NCBI RefSeq assembly: GCF_009914755.1
Contig: NC_060931.1
Direction: 5' to 3' (one strand)
DNA from: the human T2T-CHM13v2.0 reference genome, Homo sapiens
Length of the DNA: 64,000 bases
Every line of letters starts with the position of its first letter. Position 1 is the first letter of the stretch. Both the position numbers and the translations under genes were made by a program. Positions 55,401 to 64,000 of this stretch are shown here, one piece after another. The notes below the pieces were generated by a model. That model did not search any database and was not told the origin of the DNA. It saw nothing but the letters and a program-made list of their open reading frames with translations.

Positions 55401-57060
55401 TTCACAGAAATAGCAAAATCAATCTTAAAATTTATATAGAACTGCAAAAGACCTGTAATAGCCAAAGCCATCCTGAGCAAAAAGAACAAAATGAGAAATT
55501 GCATTATTTGACTTCAAATTATACTACAGAGATATAGTAACCAAAGCAGCATGATACTGGCATAAAAACAGAGAGAGATCAATAGAACAGAATACAGAAC
55601 CCAGAAATAAATCCAAACATCTACAGTATACTTATTTTCTACAAAGGTTGCAAGAACATATATTAAGGGAAAGAGTCTCTTCAATAAATGGTGCTGTGAA
55701 AACTGAATAGTCATATACAAAAGAATGAAACAAGACTGCTATCTCACACCATATACAAATACCAAATCAAAATGGATTACGAATGTAAATCTAAGACCTC
55801 AACCTATGAAACTACTACAAGAAAACATTGGTTAATTCCCCAGGACATTGGACTGAGCAATGATTTCTTGAGTAACACCCCATAAGCACAGGCAACCAAA
55901 GCAAAAAATAACAAACAGGATCATATGAAGTCAAAAAGCTTCTGCACAGCATAAGAAACAATCGGCACAACGAAGAAACAATTCACAGAATGGGAGAAGA
56001 TATTTGAAAACTATGTATCTGACATGGGATTTATAAGCAGAATATATAAAGAGCTCAAACAACTAAATAGGAAAAAATCTAATAATCCCATTTTAAAATG
56101 GGCAAAGGATCTGAACAGACATTTCTCAAAAGAAGACATGTAAATGGTAAACAGGCATATGAAAAGGGCTTAACATCATTGCAATACTTTTGATATCTCA
56201 CCCCATTTAAAATAACTTTTATACAAGAAACAGGCAGTAATGAATGCTGGCAAGGATGTGGAGGAAATGGAACCCTTGTACATTATTGGTGGAAATGTAA
56301 ATTAGTAGAACCACTATGGAGAACAGTTTGAAGGTTCCTCAATAAACTGAAAATAGAGCTGCCATATGATCCAGCAATCTCACTGTTAGGTAAAGAAAGA
56401 AAATCACTATATTGAAGAGACAGCTGCATTCACGTGTTTACTGAAGCACTACTAGCAATAGCACAATAGTCAAGATTTGGAATCAACCTAAGTGTCCATC
56501 AACAGATGAACTGATAAAGAAAATGTGGTATATATACACAATAGAGAACCATCCTGCCATAAAAAAGAATGAAATCTTGTCATTTGCAACAACATGGATG
56601 TAACTGGAAGTTATTATTTTAAGTGAAATAAGCCAGACACAGAAAGACAAATTTTGCATGTTCTAACTTATTTGTGAGAGCTAAAAAAATTAAAACAAGT
56701 GAACTCAAGAAGATATAGAATGATAATTACCAGAGGCTGGGAAGGGTAGTGGGGGTGGGAAGAAAGTAAGGATGGCTAGTGCATTCAAAAATATAGTTAG
56801 CTAGAATGAATAAAATCTATTATTTTATGGCACAACAGAGTGAGTACAGTCAACACAAATTTATTATACATTTTAGAATAACAAAAAGAATATAATTGGA
56901 TTGTGTATAACACAAAGAAAGGATAAAGGTTTGCAGTGATGGATACTCTATTTACCATGATGTTATTATTATGCATTGTATGCCTATATCAAAATATCTC
57001 ATGTACCTTATAAATATATATACCTGCTATGTACCCACAAATATTACAAACAAATAAATA
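49408..57060 (+). mobile_element. Near-full-length dead L1MA (L1MA1-3-like), ~7.65 kb
   Basis: ~2 kb 5' UTR, ORF1 relic (~51400-52420), long inter-ORF region, ORF2 relic from ~52925 (EN 'aatatatatgcacccaac', RT 'ttgtttgcaga'), L1MA 3' UTR. TSD aaa(a/t)tgaatgtgctgg at 49392-49407/57062-57077. Confidence 0.95.
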
Positions 57061-58777
57061 GAAATTGAATGTGCTGGTAGCTAATATGCAGTATTTTGAT
57101 CTAAATTTCAGGCAACAAAAATGTTGCTGATGAGAGTAAAATATAATACTTTAAACTCTTTCTTGTAAAATGATCCCTAAAAATAACTTCTGAATCCATT
57201 AGAGTAATCTGGTTTTTCTGCAGGTGGTTTTATTTCTGTGTTATCTTTATATTGAGGAAATTAAGTACCTCTTTCACTTATACAATATCTCACTTTGTTA
57301 CTTAATTGTGCAATGCAAAAGAGACATTTTGTCTCCATTCTCTCATTTAAATGTAAATAATAGTATTAATTCATTAGTTATCATGTATGAGTAAAAGTAT
57401 TTAACACAAAGCAGAGTATCTCGTATGTAATAGGGATCCTATGTTTGTGCACTTCCATTTCACTAGGAAATCTCCACCTCATTCCTATGCAATCACCACC
57501 ATTGTTTCCAGAAGTCATATTTAATAGCAAAAATAGTTTGTTTTTTATTCCTATTACTGCCTATGGAAAATCAACAAAATATTCCAATGTTACTTTATAC
57601 AGAAGAGATAAATATATTTATGTGTACATATATAGGTTCCAATTCTCAACATGTATATATGCAGCTATATCTTAGAAAAATGTATATGAGTATTTGTGTG
57701 TGTGTGTGTGCATTTGTGTGTGTTTATGTGTCAACAGCTTCACATTATTGTGAAAGAGAGCAGATGGTACATTTTGTAATAACAATAAAGGCTCTGTTAG
57801 AGTACATATTATAGAGGTATAACAATAATAATGTGCATCCTATCTTTTTATTCAGTTTTGAAATTACTTTCCCTTTCCGAACTTCAGTGAATCATGTCAA
57901 ATTTACTATAATTAAAACTCAGGTTCTTAACAAAAGCCCATTTGTTGGGTTGCAACAATTAAAATGAGCAACATTTATTAGGGCCCTGCATGTTTTATCT
58001 GGGTGGAATTTTCTGTTCATTGTTTGCCATTCTGTTTATTGTTTGCTCTACCCTCTGGGAAGTTCTGCCTTATCTGTCATTCTCCTTGGCCAAATGTGAA
58101 ATCAATATTTTGGAGCACACCATCCTTTGGACTTGTACTGCCTTTAAACCCTCCTGCTCATGGAAAACTAGAGGACTAATGATTCCAAAAGTTGAAGGTG
58201 TTTTTAGCCCAGCTTTATGGTTTCTTTAATAATAAAATACCTTTACAAATTCAGTAGGCTCCATTTCTACATGTTCTTCATCATTGCATTCATCACTAAC
58301 TACACCCAAAGTTATCTCTCTCTCTCTCTTTCTCTCTCTCCTTATTCAACTGAGATATTTTATCAGAACTTTCGTTTTCATTCTTTGGAGTTTGAAACAG
58401 TGGCTTTTTAACCCCCCAAAAACCCATTATCCCTTTATCACTGATTACAAACTGGCTGGGTTATTCATGTGTTAACCTACCATATATGATATGTTTTCTA
58501 AGTCCATCCCATAGAGCCAACACACAATAATAAGTTCTGGTATTCTAAGTCCTGTTTTCTAGTCTTATCCCCTAGGCTGGCTGACCTGACAGGAACATGT
58601 TTTTTTTCTCTATTATTGCAGGTGATGATTTTTGCCATTGCAAAGATGAATTATGATTGTTAAAAATCTTCAATATCACTTTTCTCATTTGATGTAATCT
58701 GTTAAGTCAATGTCACGTACCTTTGGATTATGCTAAGACAAGTCCCCACTTCAAAGAGCCACTTTTATATTAGTTAA

Positions 58778-58978
<201 letters not shown>

Positions 58979-60360
58979 AAAGTTCATGTCGTAGTCTAAT
59001 TAGGGTTCTGCGCAGTCCTTGGTAGCTCTCTTCCAAGCATTCACCAGGCAGCTCAGCTTCCTTCCCTTTTGCAGTGCTGCCATCATTAACATGGGTCCTC
59101 CAAGGACACCATGAAGGAAATAAAGATCATGGATTATTGTGGGGGGGATATTTATGACCAGGCCAGAACAGAGTAAGAACAACCCAGACTGTCAAAGCAG
59201 CTAAACTAATGTAGACTTCCTATGTACCCAGGAAGACTGAAATAAAACTTGACTTGCTGACAACATGGAAATGTCTGCCCTGCTCATATAAATTTACCAT
59301 GAATATTTTTATGATACATATATTTCACACGGTATAGTCCAAATAATATAGTAAATAAACATTTTAGGTATTTTGTTCTTATAATAATCATCATTTAAAA
59401 ATATTTGATGCATGAATAATATTGGAAAATTGTTCTCATATTGGATTCATACTTCATTTTGATTCATCTTTATGGAAGTCAATATTATTTAAAATGAATT
59501 TGTCATTTTCTTTCTAATCTTTTTAAAATAAATTTGGTAATCTGTCCATTTTAGACTCAAAAACTAAATAATCTTTGACTTTCCTACATTTAATGCCTTC
59601 CATAGCCACTCAGTTGCCCAACACTATGCATTTTACCTCCACAATACTACACTAAAATATTCCTTAATTTCCAGCTCCCTTATTAACTCATAAGCAGTTT
59701 CAGTAACACCCCCACTTGTCTACACGTTTCTACTCTCTCCTGCTATAATTCCACATCTTATTGATAGATTGATTTTTCCAAGTCCAGCTCTGATCATGCA
59801 ACCAACTAACTTATTCAAAAGCATACTGGTTTCCCACTGCCTGTTTTGACTCCATATTCAAACATTCAAGGCTATTCATAAAATTGCTATAATCTGCTAT
59901 CTAAATTGTCTTTCCAGGACCTGTGTGTTCATAAAGTATACTTCCTTTAAACTTTAAGCTATTTGATCTTTCTTCTTTTGCTCCTGCAATTTCCTCAACA
60001 AATTGTGTCTTGTTGTACTGTCACATACTCAGTTCTGACCTACCTTTCAAGTTGCTCCCAGAAAGTCCAGTGTTTATGCTAATACTGGTCATACTTGTGC
60101 AGATATACCATTTATCTCATAAGGTTAGGAATGATCCAAGATATATTGAAATGATTCTTCTAACAAATACATTATTTCTCCATTATTTCTTCACTTGTGA
60201 GACACAGTTTTCAAAACACAAGGAGATGGCAGCAAGGGGCATCTTGGGAGAAGTGCTTAAAGATTAAGGTACTAAAATTTAAGGATATCTATATCTATCT
60301 ATCTATATATATATAGTTTATATCGTTCAAGGAACAGTAGATAGATGCTTATTTTATCCT

Positions 60361-60790
60361 TGCATTAGTTATAGTAATTAATACTGTTTAACCAACCACA
60401 CAAAAATCTGAGTAGTTTAATGCAATAAGGTAGATTTCCCACACATCTTATATTCCAACGGGGTCAGGTGACTCTCTTGAGTAGGTGTTCTTCAAAAAGT
60501 GATTTAGAAAGAGAGACTCCTCTCATCTATGGCTTTGTGATCTGAAACACATGTATCCAGAGAGGGAAATGTTCCTAGGAGATGAAGACAGAGATGAAAC
60601 ATTGCATAAAATGATTTTAGGTTTCAAGGCTGAAGTTGGCTTATGTCACTGCAGTTCACATTCCATTATCCAGAAAGTCATATGGCTTCTAACTGAACTA
60701 CAAGGGATATTGGAAAATATGCCCATGCTACTTTCCAAGGAAGAGAAAATGGTCTGCCTGCAAAGAGTACACTGCATCAACTCTGACAAG
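60361..60790 (-). mobile_element. Old MLT1 (J/K-like) LTR
   Basis: 'tgcattagtt...aaaatctgagtagtttaatgcaataa' and 'gtcactgcagttcacattccattatccagaaagtcatatggc'. Confidence 0.6.
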
Positions 60791-61304
60791 GTCCTTAAGT
60801 TCATCTTCTTAAGTTTATATTCTTATAGTATCAATATTTTACAGCATAGCCGAAATAGATTTTTTGAAATAAAGCTTTGTACATTGTCTTCATTCTAATA
60901 CCTTCAAAAATTCAAGACTAGCAATTGATGCCTTTGAAAGAACACTAGAATTCAAAAATTAAATTTTAATATTCACATTTATAGTTTATACATAAACATA
61001 GCTGTATTTCCCCAAACCAATAACATTGAAATTATTAAATTAAAAAGGAACTATATTAAGAAGGAAAAGACTATACTTCATAATGAGAAAGATAAACTAA
61101 TCCTCCAATAGCCACCATGCTAGTATTTCAATGAAGTCAAAAAGAATATTCAAGACATCACTTACTTTATGGTAAATACATAGAAAAGGCAAATACATTC
61201 CATAGAAGTGATGAAATGTAAATACAATGAGGGTGACAGCCCATTTAAAAAAGAGAAGGAAAGAGAAGATCAAACATCTTTTTGAAAATGCCTCCAAAGA
61301 ACTT

Positions 61305-62580
61305 TTATAAGTTTGTTTCTTGGAGCAGTTTTGGGTTCACAGAAAAATTGAGGGGAAGATACAGAGATTTCCCATACAACCCTCACTTTTACACATACAT
61401 AGTCTCCCTCATTATTAACATCCCCCAACAGAGTAATACATTTGCTACAATTGATGAAACCATGTTGACATATCATACTTACCTGAAGTTCATCATACAT
61501 AGGGTTCATTATTATTGCACCTTTTAAGGGCTTGGAAAAATGAATGACATGTACCCACCATTATAGTATCATACAGTATATCCTTACTGCCCTGAAGATA
61601 CTCTTTGCTCGGTCTATTCTTCTCTCTCCTCATTCACTCAACCCTTGGCAACCACCAATCTTTTCCCTGTCTCCAGAGTTTTGCCTTTCCCAAAATGTTA
61701 TATATTTGAAATCATACAGTATGTAGCCTTTTCAGATTGGCTTATTTCACTTGGTATTATGCATTTAAGATTCTTTTCATATCTTGATAGCTCATTTCTT
61801 TTTAGTGCTGAATAATATTCCATTGTCTGGATATACCACAGTTTATTCATTCACCTCCTGAAGGAAATCTGGGTTGCTTCCAAGTGCTGGCAATTGCGAA
61901 TAATGCTGCTATAAACATATGTGTACAGATTTTTGTATGGACATAAGCCTCACACAAAGACCTGTATACATATAGGACCTGTGTTAACTCCTTTGGGTAG
62001 TTGCCAAGAACTGTGATTAATTGGTCGCATGGTAAGAGTATTTCTAGTTTTGTAAGAAACTGCTATACTGTTTTCCAAAGAAACTTACCTTGCTGCATTC
62101 CCACCAGCATGAATACGAGTTCCTGTTGCTCCTAATCCTCATTAGCGTATGGTGTTGTCTGTATTCTGGATTTTGGCTATTCTTATAGGTGTGTAGTGGT
62201 ATCTCACTGTGGCTTTAATTTGAATTTCCATGATGACATATGATAGAGACCACATTTTCATATGGTAATTTGTTATCTGTGTATTGTCTTTGATGAGGTG
62301 GCTGTTAGTATCTGGAGCTCATTTTTTATTCTGGTTGTTTGCTTCCTTAATGTTGAGTCTCAAGAGATCTTTGTATTATATATTTTGGATAAAACTGCTT
62401 TATTAGATGTATCTTTTACAAATGTTTCTTCTCATTCTGAGGCTTGTCTTCTCATTCTCTTGACATTGTCTTTTGCAAAACAGAAATTTTTAATTTCAGT
62501 AAGGTCTACTTTATCATAATTTCAGTAAAATCTACTTTATCAAGTATTTTTTCCATGTGCAATGGCTTTGGCATTTCTTT
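61305..62580 (-). mobile_element. L1MC (L1MC1-like) 3' end
   Basis: 'gagcagttttgggttcacagaaaaattgaggggaagatacagagatttcccata' and 'atacagtatgtagccttttcagattggctt'. Confidence 0.9.
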
Positions 62581-62838
62581 GCATTAAAAAAATGTGAATT
62601 GGTGATAATTATGCCTACATAACTAAATCTTCCTTCAGGTATAAAGGGAAACAGAAAACCTTCAAATAGAACAAAGAAATTGTTTTCTTACTTTTGAGCC
62701 GATATCGTCATACAATCTTGAACTTTTAGATGACTAACAAGTGACACAGAAGTTGTTTAGAAATGGCATGTGATGCCATTCCCTCTGAATCCAGTAAGGA
62801 TCAAAATAAGGATTAAAAAAATAACTTTGTAGTCAAAG

Positions 62839-62839
<1 letters not shown>

Positions 62840-62884
<45 letters not shown>
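62840..62884. repeat. (TA)~22 microsatellite
   Basis: Read directly. Confidence 0.97.
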
Positions 62885-62886
<2 letters not shown>

Positions 62887-63489
62887 CGAAAAATATATAT
62901 AATGACGAAAAATTAATTAAAGATATCCAAGGCATTATTTAAGGGTGGAGAGAGAGGCACATTTGAGAAAGGATTTTCTAAATATAAACGGGTAGAGAAA
63001 GGGAAATTATTTTGTTAGAGAAATGAGTTCAATAAATTGATTTTTGCTAATGATAATGAATAGGAATGTCCTCTGGAAAGCAAGTTCAAAAGGTAAATGA
63101 GTCCAGGAAATTACAATGCTACTTTTGGAAATAATTCTAGCTATATTTTCTAAATGTTTATAGATAATTTTTAAAAGAACATAAAGAGGCCATCTAAACT
63201 CAGAGTTACATAATCATATGACATTTATTTAAATCTGCTAGTATGAAAATAGGAAAAGAACAAACAGGTCAAAGGTAGTTCAAAGATATTATTTCTCACA
63301 GAATATAAATTAAGGAACATTTAAAAAATATACTTTGCTTTTACTAAGAGACAAGCAAAGTAAACCAGTAATACTTTATCTGAAAGTAAATAATATATAA
63401 GTACAAATGATAGCAATTAATATTTATTATTCTTTTTTATATTTGAATTAAATTTTATTTATTTTTCCATTGGCACTACATGCAATATG

Positions 63490-64000
63490 GAAAAACAAAC
63501 TCTACCTTACCCCTGCCCCTGACTTCTCCTTTTTCTCCCAGGGACAACTACTGTTGACAGTTCTTGGCAGTGCTTTTGAAGATACTCTTCAAGATATTGG
63601 AGACATATATAAGCATACAACATGTATTACATTTATGCACATATATATTTTATACAGCCAAAAAGAGTTCACTATATACAATATTCTGTACATTGATTTA
63701 TTTAATTAGCATTATATTTTGAAATTTATGTATAAATATATGTGCAGTTTATTCTTAACAGCTACAATTGTAGACATACATATACACAACTATGTATAGC
63801 TGTGTCATATTTAGATATTGTCAAATATCATATATTATTTCAAGTAACACAATTGCTATATTGCTATATCAGAGGGTAAGTGAAATACTAATTTTGATAA
63901 ATATTTCTAACTGCATTATAGTTGAACTCCAAGCATCAGGTTAGACATTGCCTATCTTTCCACTCCCTCTAAGATTATGACATATAAATTTGGTTAGTGC
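63490..64000 (-). mobile_element. Ancient L1ME-type 3' fragment
   Basis: 'tctcccagggacaactactgttgacagtt' and 'ttttgataaatatttctaactgcatta' are degenerate antisense L1ME motifs. Confidence 0.5.

Overview
AT-rich primate genomic DNA (AluY-type copies suggest catarrhine, probably human) from a gene desert or deep intron. I can support no protein-coding gene, RNA gene or CpG-island promoter. The longer ORFs in the supplied track fall in L1, Alu, LTR or microsatellite sequence, and the short ones in unique DNA match nothing I recognise. Most of the window is interspersed repeat. The largest elements are a complete two-LTR MER57-type ERV1 provirus (32623-40526, CAGG target-site duplication (TSD), tRNA-Leu primer-binding site, env relic, nested L1PA) and a ~7.65 kb near-full-length dead L1MA with its TSD (49408-57060). 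There are also solo LTRs (MLT2B, MER21, MER4-group, MER11, MER4A, MST, LTR16, MLT1), about 12 Alu/FLAM elements, MER1B and MER5 DNA transposons, and L2/MIR relics. The most notable non-routine signals are fossil DNA-repair or integration events: (1) a ~120 bp insert resembling the mitochondrial control region inside an L1; (2) an L1PA whose 5' junction is built from fold-back copies of L1 and of its own flank; (3) a 213 bp local segment copied ~1.1 kb downstream into a MIR; (4) an Alu whose poly-A tail is replaced by a G-quadruplex/Sp1-type tract; (5) a 3' LTR that kept its CpGs and promoter motifs while the 5' LTR lost them. I do not see a new multi-gene biological system. Repeat subfamily names come from recalled consensus sequences and need RepeatMasker/Dfam confirmation.
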